From positions 1 to 37,156 of the IMG/VR virus record IMGVR_UViG_3300005077_000051: a DNA stretch of 37,156 nt, one strand, 5' to 3'. Each line of letters opens with the position of its first letter. Position 1 is the first letter of the stretch. Of the stretch, positions 19,238 through 26,727 are shown piece after piece. Made by a program: the position numbers and the translations under genes. The notes under the pieces are model-generated. The model ran no database searches. It was not told the DNA's origin and was given only the letters and a program-made list of their open reading frames with translations. The stretch comes from a virus.

Positions 19238-19438
19238 ATGGTTGAAGCAATTGTTACTTTTGTAATTAAGATATTAACCCCGATAGTCGGTTATATTTTT
19301 TCTTATATAGAAAAGAATCAAAAAGCAAAAGATGCTCTAATTAAGGCAGTTGAAAAATATCAGAGTAAACCAGTAGACAATACGTTAGACGAAGATAAAG
19401 AATCATGGGAAATATTAGAAGATGAAAAAAAGAATTGA
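19238..19438 (+). CDS. N-terminal-TM protein (holin or i-spanin-like)
   Basis: MVEAIVTFVIKILTPIVGYIFSYI forms a TM segment, followed by a charged helical tail. Overlaps the amidase start. Confidence 0.45.
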   Translation: MVEAIVTFVIKILTPIVGYIFSYIEKNQKAKDALIKAVEKYQSKPVDNTLDEDKESWEILEDEKKN

Positions 19439-19868
19439 AACATCAATAATAGTTATTCATTGCACTGCCAATGAAGATCATACAATGCAAGAGCTTTATG
19501 ATCTGCACACATCACCAACGAGCAAAATGATTCAATGGGGAGAATTTAAAACGACAGGCAAGGGTTTTGATGATATCGGGTATCACTTTGTAATTGAAAA
19601 AGATGGTGCGCTAAGAATAGGCAGGAAGGTAAGTTTAATCGGGGCACATTGCTTTAACCATAATCATAATTCGGTTGGTGTTTGTTTAGTTGGGAATCAT
19701 AAATTTACAGAGGCACAATTTAGAGAGGCAAATAATCTGATAAAATCTTTACTTAGTTTTTATCATTTGGACTGGAAAGACGTTTACCCACATTGGGCAT
19801 TAAGCGAAAAAGGGAAAACTTGCCCAAATTTTGATTTGAAAGAAATAACAAAATATAATTCACTTTGA
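19422..19868 (+). CDS. N-acetylmuramoyl-L-alanine amidase endolysin (T7 lysozyme / PGRP type)
   Basis: Motifs IVIHCTA, DIGYHFVIEKDG, GAHC..HN.NSVGVCLVG and KTCPNFD. 148 aa, with no cell-wall binding domain. Confidence 0.9.
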   Translation: MKKRIETSIIVIHCTANEDHTMQELYDLHTSPTSKMIQWGEFKTTGKGFDDIGYHFVIEKDGALRIGRKVSLIGAHCFNHNHNSVGVCLVGNHKFTEAQFREANNLIKSLLSFYHLDWKDVYPHWALSEKGKTCPNFDLKEITKYNSL

Positions 19869-20033
19869 TTTTTCAATAAAATATCTGGTTGAGCAATCAT
19901 CTAAGTTACCATTAACAAAATATCTTGTTTCGATGAGAGTTTTATTGTCAATCTTATTAATTAAAGCAATGCTGTAAACGATATTTAAAAAAATAAGAAT
20001 TGCTATAAACAATAAAGTATTTTTATCAATCAC
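19860..20033 (-). CDS. Small membrane protein candidate (57 aa, GTG start)
   Basis: The GTG overlaps the stop of the upstream minus gene (aaGTGA). The predicted product starts VIDKNTLLFIAILIFLNIVYSIAL. It is below the track cutoff and its 3' end is convergent with the amidase gene. Confidence 0.3.
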   Translation of the reverse strand: MIDKNTLLFIAILIFLNIVYSIALINKIDNKTLIETRYFVNGNLDDCSTRYFIEKSK

Positions 20034-20212
20034 TTAAAATCTTCGCTTGTTTCTGGCTTAAATCCCTCAGGAAGCTGACAACCCTCATTCACCATATAAA
20101 CATCATCAGAAATAAATTGGGGTTTACAATTATTGATTTTCCATTGGTCATACTTGTCTTTAATAAAAAGAGTCATTAGCAGACCAATAATTATTAATAT
20201 ACTTTTTTTCAT
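20030..20212 (-). CDS. Small secreted or membrane protein
   Basis: MKKSILIIIGLLMTLFI is a hydrophobic N-terminus. 60 aa with two Cys. Confidence 0.5.
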   Translation of the reverse strand: MKKSILIIIGLLMTLFIKDKYDQWKINNCKPQFISDDVYMVNEGCQLPEGFKPETSEDFK

Positions 20213-20364
20213 CTTTTTTTATCCAATATAGTTTCAGGTTGGTTTATTTTTTTAAGGAGGTGATGCCTTTTACGAGCTTCAATTAATTTCTCTTTGCAAT
20301 TCCTACAGCAAGGAATATTTTTAGTTTTATCTTTTGTTATCGATTTACAAACTATGCAATTCAT
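20209..20364 (-). CDS. Small zinc-ribbon protein (alternative start 20397)
   Basis: MNCIVCKS...IPCCRNCKEK contains a CxxC...CCxxC arrangement. The basic tail suggests nucleic-acid binding. Confidence 0.45.
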   Translation of the reverse strand: MNCIVCKSITKDKTKNIPCCRNCKEKLIEARKRHHLLKKINQPETILDKKR

Positions 20365-20683
20365 CTTTTTTAACTCCAAGATTTGATAATAGACCATTTT
20401 TAAGATTACTTAAAGCTATAACATGCCCTTGAGCAATGGGGCTTTGGGTTTTATTAAAATCATCGTTGTAAAAACTGATCATGTCATCGATGTTTAGAGC
20501 AATTTCTTGCCGCATAAATTCTACCCCATTTGAAAATCCATTTGCCCACATCATGCGATCTTTATCCGATGCTAGCCTAAGAGAATTAGATTTTTGGATG
20601 ATCTTAAGGGCATTACCCATATTAATTTTTTCGTTTTCTGGAAGGTCATTAAATTCTTGTGTTGCTTTACTTAAATCTATCAT
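20345..20683 (-). CDS. Hypothetical protein
   Basis: 112-aa ORF in an operon with coupled overlaps. No motif recognised. Confidence 0.5.
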   Translation of the reverse strand: MIDLSKATQEFNDLPENEKINMGNALKIIQKSNSLRLASDKDRMMWANGFSNGVEFMRQEIALNIDDMISFYNDDFNKTQSPIAQGHVIALSNLKNGLLSNLGVKKDELHSL

Positions 20684-21201
20684 AACGATGATACTCCGCT
20701 ATTAATTAATACTTGTTTTATCGATGGCAATATTTTGTCCATTCCCTGATGGACTGTAAATTCACTCTCTAAATTATTTGCTAGGTATGGAATCTTAATT
20801 TTGACGTAATATGACTCTAGTGGGTAGGGTTTCCATTCTACCGGATACTGAAAAGCATAGCCATGCTTCATGCTTTTCTCGGTTTCCATTTTGTACTTAT
20901 CTTGCTTTGAAAGAATAATCGGCTGAACATGTATCGATAAATCTATTGCTTTTCTAGCGTTTGATAGGTGTTGCATGGCCACTACTGCCGATTGCGATCT
21001 TAATCGCTCAATTGCTTCGTTGATGTATTTTATTTTTAGAGGCCATTCTGGAAATTCAATCTCGACGTGAGATTCTTGGTCAAATGTATTAATCTTTTTC
21101 CGTTGTGGTTTGCCTGTAATATTGTTCCTTTCGATTCTTTCGATCGGTTTACCAAGCTTTGCTTTTGATTCGATTATAGCAACGATAATGCATTTAAACA
21201 T
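20680..21201 (-). CDS. Hypothetical protein
   Basis: 173-aa ORF that overlaps the stop of the VRR-NUC gene. No motif recognised. Confidence 0.5.
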   Translation of the reverse strand: MFKCIIVAIIESKAKLGKPIERIERNNITGKPQRKKINTFDQESHVEIEFPEWPLKIKYINEAIERLRSQSAVVAMQHLSNARKAIDLSIHVQPIILSKQDKYKMETEKSMKHGYAFQYPVEWKPYPLESYYVKIKIPYLANNLESEFTVHQGMDKILPSIKQVLINSGVSSL

Positions 21202-21520
21202 TTTGATAATCCTTCACAATATTTTCAATGTCTTTAAGCGATCTAACTACAAAGTAACTATGCCCTAGATCAGTTAAACTTTTCTCAAATTGCTTTTGCG
21301 CTGGTGACTGCCTTCCTGTATCTGTTTTGACTTCAACCCATAAAGTTTTACCATTCGGTAAACAACAAATTATGTCAGATATTCCAGTTATTGACCAAGG
21401 ATGTTTACGATATACCCCATTTCTGCATTCTTGCTGGTCGGGATTTTTCCAGAAAAGCCACTTTGTCGCCAAGCTTAAATATTTCAAAATTGCGTTTTCT
21501 AAAATTGTCTCTTTTTTCAA
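21194..21520 (-). CDS. VRR-NUC domain nuclease
   Basis: GISDIICCLPNGKTLWVEVKTDTGRQSPAQKQF matches the (D)...E-x-K...Q core of VRR-NUC. Confidence 0.7.
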   Translation of the reverse strand: MKKETILENAILKYLSLATKWLFWKNPDQQECRNGVYRKHPWSITGISDIICCLPNGKTLWVEVKTDTGRQSPAQKQFEKSLTDLGHSYFVVRSLKDIENIVKDYQNV

Positions 21521-21563
21521 AATTTGCTCTTTTTTAAAATTGTTTTAGGCATACACAAAAAAA

Positions 21564-21854
21564 TCAATTCGAGGATATGGGTATTTTGCCACTACGAGCG
21601 GTTTTGCATGGGGGGTTGGTAGGTATGGCAGGGGTGGCAACTTTTTTTCGTAAAACGGGCTTATTTCGCGTTGGTTGCCAATTGCGGATTGCGCTTCGCA
21701 TAAATTCGATCATGCTTGGGAAATTAAATTCTGCCACTTTTGCTTGCAGTTGCTCGTAGGTCGATTTTGTAATTTCGTAAGTCAATCGGTAAACTTTTTC
21801 TTTCTCTTTTTTTTCTTTCACGTTTTTCTCGTTGTTAAAATTATTAAAAAGCAA
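21564..21854 (-). CDS. Hypothetical protein, possibly ribbon-helix-helix-like
   Basis: KVYRLTYEITKSTYEQLQAKVAEFNFPSMIEFMRSAI looks like a strand-helix-helix unit. The tail is Pro/Thr/Arg-rich. Confidence 0.3.
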   Translation of the reverse strand: MLFNNFNNEKNVKEKKEKEKVYRLTYEITKSTYEQLQAKVAEFNFPSMIEFMRSAIRNWQPTRNKPVLRKKVATPAIPTNPPCKTARSGKIPISSN

Positions 21855-21884
21855 ATTTACAGCATTGAAAATAATAAAGCAAGT

Positions 21885-22172
21885 TTAAATCTCGCCTTCA
21901 GTTTTTTTTAGATTGTAAAAAGCTTTATCGTAATTTTTTTTGGCACATACGTATTCGCTTATGTATTTCCACATGTCTGGCCCGATGGGGTGCATTCGTT
22001 TAGCATCAGGCTCAACAACAAAAAATCTAAGCGCAAGTTTTAAAACATTTGCAATATCGTCAACATTCCAGCAGTGATTGAGCTTAAAGTAAGTCATAAT
22101 CCCTAAAAAATTCATTTCGTTGACAAAGTTTTCGGGCTGATAAATTAAATATAAATTCCTGATTAATTCCAT
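21885..22172 (-). CDS. Hypothetical protein
   Basis: The preferred start is ATG 22172, 1 nt after the upstream stop. The track start 22247 overlaps the replication gene by 74 nt. Confidence 0.45.
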   Translation of the reverse strand: MELIRNLYLIYQPENFVNEMNFLGIMTYFKLNHCWNVDDIANVLKLALRFFVVEPDAKRMHPIGPDMWKYISEYVCAKKNYDKAFYNLKKTEGEI

Positions 22173-22173
22173 C

Positions 22174-22956
22174 TCAGGCGATAGTTGCTTTTGATAAGGC
22201 TTCAAAGCGTTTGATTCTTTCTTCGCCTGATATTTTACTGTTTGCATTTTGTACTCCGTTTTTGGTTGATTCAGCTAGGTAGCTTTCAAAGTTTACTTTC
22301 CTGAAAAGTGTTGACGGCCGTAAATATTCGTGCATCTTGGCGTCAGACATCCAAGCTGAAACACGATTGTCAATCACTTGCTTAATTTCTTCAATGCTTG
22401 CAATTTGCAAAATGGATTTTACTAATTTTATATTAGTTTCCACGAATCTGAAATTTTTATTAGTTTTTGAATTTAAATATTCTAAAATTTTTTTTGAGTT
22501 TTCTGTGGTCGAGTGTGAACTCGACATACTTTCTTTTTCTTTAATTGAGTTATGAGTAAAGAGTAAAGAGTAAAGAGGGTTATTAGTGGGTTCCGTTTCG
22601 GTTATGGTTTCGGTTTTTGATATTCCTTTGTTTTCAATAACTTTCGCAGGTCTACCGCCAAGCTTCCCGTTTTCGCGTTTTGAAAAAATCCAAGCGAAAT
22701 TTTTTTCAGACCCGTGAAGATAGTACCCATTTTCTTTTAAAACTACCATTTTTGACTCGGTTATAGCAGATGGAAATTTTTGGTATTCGTAGATGCTTTT
22801 TGGAATTAATTGTTTACCATTTTTCCAGAAACTTTGTGCCAATCTTGCAATTTTTACAAAATATCCTATTGCTTTAATGTCGCTTTTAAGTAAGGCGCAT
22901 AGGTGCATAAAATATGGGTCTGTAAACAATGAATCTTCAATGTTTATCCTTGCCAC
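22174..22956 (-). CDS. Replication organiser-like protein (DnaD/phage conserved C-terminal domain type)
   Basis: ILEYLNSKTNKNFRFVETNIKLVKSIL...VIDNRVSAWMSDAKMHEYLRPSTLFR matches the conserved phage replication C-terminal module. Confidence 0.6.
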   Translation of the reverse strand: MARINIEDSLFTDPYFMHLCALLKSDIKAIGYFVKIARLAQSFWKNGKQLIPKSIYEYQKFPSAITESKMVVLKENGYYLHGSEKNFAWIFSKRENGKLGGRPAKVIENKGISKTETITETEPTNNPLYSLLFTHNSIKEKESMSSSHSTTENSKKILEYLNSKTNKNFRFVETNIKLVKSILQIASIEEIKQVIDNRVSAWMSDAKMHEYLRPSTLFRKVNFESYLAESTKNGVQNANSKISGEERIKRFEALSKATIA

Positions 22957-22957
22957 A

Positions 22958-23146
22958 CTATTCTCTTCTTAGTTTTTTTAACAGTTTTACATCGTTTTTT
23001 ATTTCATTCCATAAAATACGGATGCCGATTGATGGCGAGTCACATCCAGCTTTCCTGATTAGTTCCGCAAATTCGATTGGTACAGATGCCGCAAAGTAAG
23101 TATTTTCTTGCTTTGGTCTGCCTTTAGATAATTTTTTTTCTTCCAT
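22958..23146 (-). CDS. Small basic first gene of the leftward operon (possible DNA-binding regulator)
   Basis: 62 aa with RBS aggag. Contains a GRPK motif. Lies immediately downstream of the dyad promoter region. Confidence 0.3.
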   Translation of the reverse strand: MEEKKLSKGRPKQENTYFAASVPIEFAELIRKAGCDSPSIGIRILWNEIKNDVKLLKKLRRE

Positions 23147-23189
23147 TTTTTGGTCTCCTTTTTTTTTTTAAAGTATTATTACTTTTTTG

Positions 23190-23218
23190 TTGACGTAAAA
23201 AAACTAATGCTTTATTTT
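23190..23218 (+). promoter_or_regulatory. Candidate rightward early promoter
   Basis: TTGACG, a 17-nt spacer, then TATTTT. Confidence 0.45.
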
Positions 23219-23229
23219 TTGGTGGTCAA
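23201..23229 (-). promoter_or_regulatory. Candidate leftward early promoter
   Basis: On the minus strand: TTGACC, a 17-nt spacer, then TAGTTT. It interleaves with the rightward promoter. Confidence 0.45.
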
Positions 23230-23270
23230 GCAAAAAAGTAATAATTTTACAACATGAAGGAGTAAAGAAA

Positions 23271-24317
23271 ATGACATCAAGAGTTTATGAAATTGGAATA
23301 GGTTTATCAGACGAGAACGAAGAAATCCTTTTTGATCTAATTAAAAAAGAAGAGGAAGGAACACTCGAAGGAATATTTAAAAATATCCCCTCTGAAGTTT
23401 ATCATCATCCAAATTGCCCCGGCCTATCAAATTCAAGTTTGCAGTACCTAGATAAATCATTAGCGCATTTATATTCTGCGAGGATGCAAAAGATTGACGA
23501 GTTCTCAGAAGAAGACACACTAATTAAAAATCTTAGCAAGACAAAAAAACCTTTGCAGATGGATAGTTTGCTTTTCGGAACCTATTTTCATGACCTCGTT
23601 TTGTTGCCGGATTTGGCAGAAAAAAAATATAAACTTTATGATGATTCGACAAAACCAATAATGAAGGAAATGCCAAATTTTGGAAGGAAAAAAGAATTTC
23701 AAATATTAAAGCAACAGTGGCTAGAAACATTTGGTAAAATAAATGATGAGTTGATGCACAAATGGGAAGTCAGCTTTATCGGAAAGTATGCAGTAGGTTT
23801 AGAAGATTTTAACAATGCTGCCGGAATGAAAAAGAATCTTTTTGACAACGAATATTTTAAATCAATCTACCTTAAATCCGAAAATGAAGTAACATTTTTT
23901 ATCAATGACAAAAAAAACAATGTATTAAAAAAATGTAGAGCTGATATGTATAGCGCAGAGTTGTCGCTTATAACAGATATTAAAACTACACAGGACGCAA
24001 GCTTTAATGGCTTTAGGCGATCGATGGTAAGCTTTAACTATGACAGGCAAGCAGCTTACTATACTGACATAATCGATAAAATAACAGGTACTAAAAACAG
24101 TTTTATTTTTGCGGCGGTAGAAAAAAATCATCCTTTTTCGGTCGGACTGTACTTGGCACCCGATAGAGTTATTGAAGTTGGTAGGGAATTATATCAAGAT
24201 AATCTGGCTTATTATGCTCAAGCGAAAGAAAACAAGCAGGAATCATACTCTAAAGAGATTATCGAGATTGATTTGCCTGCGTACGGCTATGACGTTCAGT
24301 CGCGCAAAAGAGGATAA
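23271..24317 (+). CDS. PD-(D/E)XK family exonuclease (RecE/Cas4-like phage recombination nuclease)
   Basis: RADMYSAELSLITDIKTTQDAS...YDRQAAYY fits the D...(D/E)xK...QxxxY nuclease core. 348 aa. Confidence 0.6.
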   Translation: MTSRVYEIGIGLSDENEEILFDLIKKEEEGTLEGIFKNIPSEVYHHPNCPGLSNSSLQYLDKSLAHLYSARMQKIDEFSEEDTLIKNLSKTKKPLQMDSLLFGTYFHDLVLLPDLAEKKYKLYDDSTKPIMKEMPNFGRKKEFQILKQQWLETFGKINDELMHKWEVSFIGKYAVGLEDFNNAAGMKKNLFDNEYFKSIYLKSENEVTFFINDKKNNVLKKCRADMYSAELSLITDIKTTQDASFNGFRRSMVSFNYDRQAAYYTDIIDKITGTKNSFIFAAVEKNHPFSVGLYLAPDRVIEVGRELYQDNLAYYAQAKENKQESYSKEIIEIDLPAYGYDVQSRKRG

Positions 24318-24337
24318 AAAATAAATCAAAAAAAGAT

Positions 24338-24366
24338 TTGACAGCATGTTTTTATTGCTTTAAATT
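24338..24366 (+). promoter_or_regulatory. Candidate strong internal promoter
   Basis: TTGACA, a 17-nt spacer, then TAAATT, in the 84-nt gap after the exonuclease gene. Confidence 0.5.
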
Positions 24367-24373
24367 AAAGCAA
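24355..24373. promoter_or_regulatory. 19-bp perfect palindrome overlapping the -10 (operator candidate)
   Basis: TTGCTTTAA-A-TTAAAGCAA has 9-bp arms around a single central base. Confidence 0.4.
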
Positions 24374-24401
24374 ATTAACAACCAGGGCAAAGGCAAAAAA
24401 A

Positions 24402-24608
24402 ATGAAAATTAAACTTTATGGCAATTCTTTCTCAGCGAAAAATTACGACGAGGGAACTATTGAAGTCGAAATTGATCTTATCGACAAAGAAGATATTTTA
24501 AAAATATTTATAGATAATTTTTCTACAACAGAAATATTGCAGATGTTCGATCAGGACACAATTTTTGAATACGTTGAAAGCGGCAAGGAGTCAATGAGAT
24601 GGAGTTAA
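24402..24608 (+). CDS. Small acidic protein
   Basis: 68 aa, Asp/Glu-rich. Lies between the exonuclease and the putative annealing protein. Confidence 0.5.
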   Translation: MKIKLYGNSFSAKNYDEGTIEVEIDLIDKEDILKIFIDNFSTTEILQMFDQDTIFEYVESGKESMRWS

Positions 24609-25399
24609 TAACACAGGATAAAATTGAAAATAATAGCGATCAAATGACAGTACAATCAAATAGAGCAATCAGCGAAGTGCAAGGTCAAATCATCATGGCA
24701 AAAAAATTTCCACGCGATGAATTTAGAGCGTTAGAGCAAATTAAACGAGCTTGCTCAAGAATAAAGCTTGCCGAAAAATCATATTACCAATACCCAAGAG
24801 GAGGTCAGACGGTAATAGGAGCGTCAATAAGACTTGCGGAAGTAATTGCGCAATCTTGGGGTAATATCGATTTTGGAATAAGGGAATTAGACCAAAAAGA
24901 CGGTGAAAGTACGGTTGAGGCGTATTGCTGGGATTTGCAAACAAACGTAAGACAAACAAAAGTTTTCACCGTTAAACACGAGCGTAAGGCCAAGGGCAGA
25001 ATTGATAAGCTAACAGACCCTAGAGACATATACGAATTGGTGGCGAATCAGGGTGCCAGGAGAGTCAGAGCTTGCATTTTGGGCATTATCCCTAGTGACA
25101 TAGTGGAAACAGCAACGGACGTTTGTAAACTGACATTAGCAGGCAATAACGAGGTGCCTTTTGCTGATAGGGTGAGAAAAATAGTTGAGGTTTTTGGTAA
25201 GCTAACAATATCGGCGGAAATGATTGAAGAAAGATCAAAGAAAAAGCTAAAAGATTTTATCATTGATGACTTGGTTGAAATGACAGGTATTTATAACTCA
25301 ATTAGAGATGGAATCACAAAGCCAAAAGACTGGTTTGCAGGGCAAAAAGAAGCAAGCGAAGAAGTAAAAAATATTAACGATAAAATCTTAATAAAATAG
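24599..25399 (+). CDS. Putative single-strand annealing protein (RecT/Redbeta/Rad52-like, uncertain)
   Basis: Neighbours the exonuclease. Segments GASIRLAEVIAQSWGNIDFG and GARRVRACILGIIPSDIVE resemble conserved SSAP blocks, by recollection only. Confidence 0.4.
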   Translation: MELITQDKIENNSDQMTVQSNRAISEVQGQIIMAKKFPRDEFRALEQIKRACSRIKLAEKSYYQYPRGGQTVIGASIRLAEVIAQSWGNIDFGIRELDQKDGESTVEAYCWDLQTNVRQTKVFTVKHERKAKGRIDKLTDPRDIYELVANQGARRVRACILGIIPSDIVETATDVCKLTLAGNNEVPFADRVRKIVEVFGKLTISAEMIEERSKKKLKDFIIDDLVEMTGIYNSIRDGITKPKDWFAGQKEASEEVKNINDKILIK

Positions 25400-25408
25400 G
25401 AGTTAAAA

Positions 25409-26539
25409 ATGTCAGATGAATTAATTATTTTTGAGGACGAAGGGGCGGTTTTATCTGTTTATACTGGTGGGGGTATAGATTATGTTATTGAGCAAATTAA
25501 GAAAAAATGTGAAGATTTTAGGCCAGAAATTCCAGAACTGTTAAAAACTGAAAAAGGTAGAAAAGAAATTGCATCATTTGCATATAGGGTTGCAAAATCT
25601 AAAACGATGATTGATAATGCCGGCGCAAAATTAACGGAGGAGTGGAAAGCAAAAAGCAAAAAAGTTGATACCGAAAGGAAAAAGTTAAGGGATACACTAG
25701 ACGGCATTAAAGACGATATACGAAAGCCTCTCACAGAGTGGGAAAATGAACAAAAAGCAATTTTACAAAAGAAAATTGATACTATTAACGAAATAAAAAG
25801 TTTGGGAATGGTATTATTTGGCGAAACAAGTCACGATATAAAAATTAAAATCGAAAGAATTAAAGAATTATCAGAATCTTTAAATATTACAGGCGACGAG
25901 TCAACGTCAGAGTCATTAATTGTTGGTAAAGCAATATTAGTGCTGGAAAGCTCATATAATCTTTTAATTGAATCAGAAGAAATGGCAAGACAAAACGCAA
26001 AACTACTAAAAGAAAAACAAGAACGAGAAGAAAAAGAAAGAAAAGAGAAAGAAGAAATTGAGAGGGTAAAAAGAGAAGAAAACGCAAAAAAAGAAATGGA
26101 AGAAAGAGCAAAAAAACAAGCTGAAGAAAATGCAAGAAAAGAAATTGAAAGAATAGAGCAATTAAAAAAGGATGCTGAACTAAAAGCATTGCAAGAGGTA
26201 GAAAAGGCCAAGAAGCTCAAAGAGGAAAATGATTTAAGAGAAAAAGAACAGCAACAAAAAATTGAAAGACTTGAAAGAGAAAAAAAAGAAGCTGAAGAAA
26301 GACAAAAAATAGAAATCAAAAGAAAGCTAGAAGAAGAAAGGAAGAAAAAAGAAATTGAGGAGCTTAAGAAAAAGACAGACAAGGAAAACAGAGAAAAGAT
26401 TGAGAATGAAATATTAGAATCATTGGGCGAAATGGTTAAAAGTGAGGAAGTGTTTCACAATATAGATTTTCCGATCACGGGCATAATTAGAGATTACATA
26501 GTTACCGGCAAAATTAAAAATGTTTTAGTGAGGTATTAA
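25409..26539 (+). CDS. Hypothetical protein with a long E/K/R-rich single-alpha-helix region
   Basis: 376 aa. The N-terminal domain resembles DUF1351-type proteins seen next to phage recombinases. The central ~145 aa are almost entirely E, K, R, Q and A. Confidence 0.45.
   Translation: MSDELIIFEDEGAVLSVYTGGGIDYVIEQIKKKCEDFRPEIPELLKTEKGRKEIASFAYRVAKSKTMIDNAGAKLTEEWKAKSKKVDTERKKLRDTLDGIKDDIRKPLTEWENEQKAILQKKIDTINEIKSLGMVLFGETSHDIKIKIERIKELSESLNITGDESTSESLIVGKAILVLESSYNLLIESEEMARQNAKLLKEKQEREEKERKEKEEIERVKREENAKKEMEERAKKQAEENARKEIERIEQLKKDAELKALQEVEKAKKLKEENDLREKEQQQKIERLEREKKEAEERQKIEIKRKLEEERKKKEIEELKKKTDKENREKIENEILESLGEMVKSEEVFHNIDFPITGIIRDYIVTGKIKNVLVRY
25975..26415 (+). repeat. Polypurine low-complexity tract (GAA/AAG/AGA-rich)
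   Basis: About 440 nt of almost uninterrupted A/G on the plus strand. It creates the spurious antisense ORFs 25831..26382 and 25887..26189. Confidence 0.9.
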
Positions 26540-26713
26540 ATGGCAAAAGGCAATAATTCAAAGTGTAATACATATCGCTATAAAGGCGGTATTTATACAG
26601 TTAAGCAAATTGCAGAAATGACCGGCCTTGCTGATTATGTCATTAGGAGATGGACAAAAGCAGGCGTTGACGACGATGGAAATATGATAACTAAAATAAT
26701 AGTTAAATTATAA
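26540..26713 (+). CDS. Small HTH protein (MerR/excisionase-type)
   Basis: 57-aa ORF below the track cutoff. Its ATG directly abuts the upstream stop. YTVKQIAEMTGLADYVIRRWTKAG is HTH-like. Confidence 0.45.
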   Translation: MAKGNNSKCNTYRYKGGIYTVKQIAEMTGLADYVIRRWTKAGVDDDGNMITKIIVKL

Positions 26714-26727
26714 AAAGGTGGAACATT

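Larger units (their letters stand above)
23175..23245. repeat. 71-bp imperfect dyad with perfect 15-bp inverted-repeat ends
   Basis: ATTATTACTTTTTTG (23175-23189) is the exact reverse complement of 23231-23245. The interior halves also match at TTGAC and the A-runs. Confidence 0.85.

Noticed and set aside
21577-21700. Locally G+C-richer patch with short TTGCCAC/GTGGCAA inverted repeats, considered as an attP core, tRNA fragment or origin
   Set aside because: It lies inside a continuous minus-strand ORF, where it encodes the Pro/Thr/Arg-rich tail. No cloverleaf can be drawn, the genome has no integrase, and the repeats are only 7 bp.
25831-26382. 183-aa and 100-aa minus-strand ORFs (25831..26382, 25887..26189) opposite the E/K-rich gene
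   Set aside because: They are antisense to a polypurine tract. The complement is CTT/TTC/TCT-rich, so it cannot contain stops. The Ser/Phe/Leu low-complexity products are artefacts.
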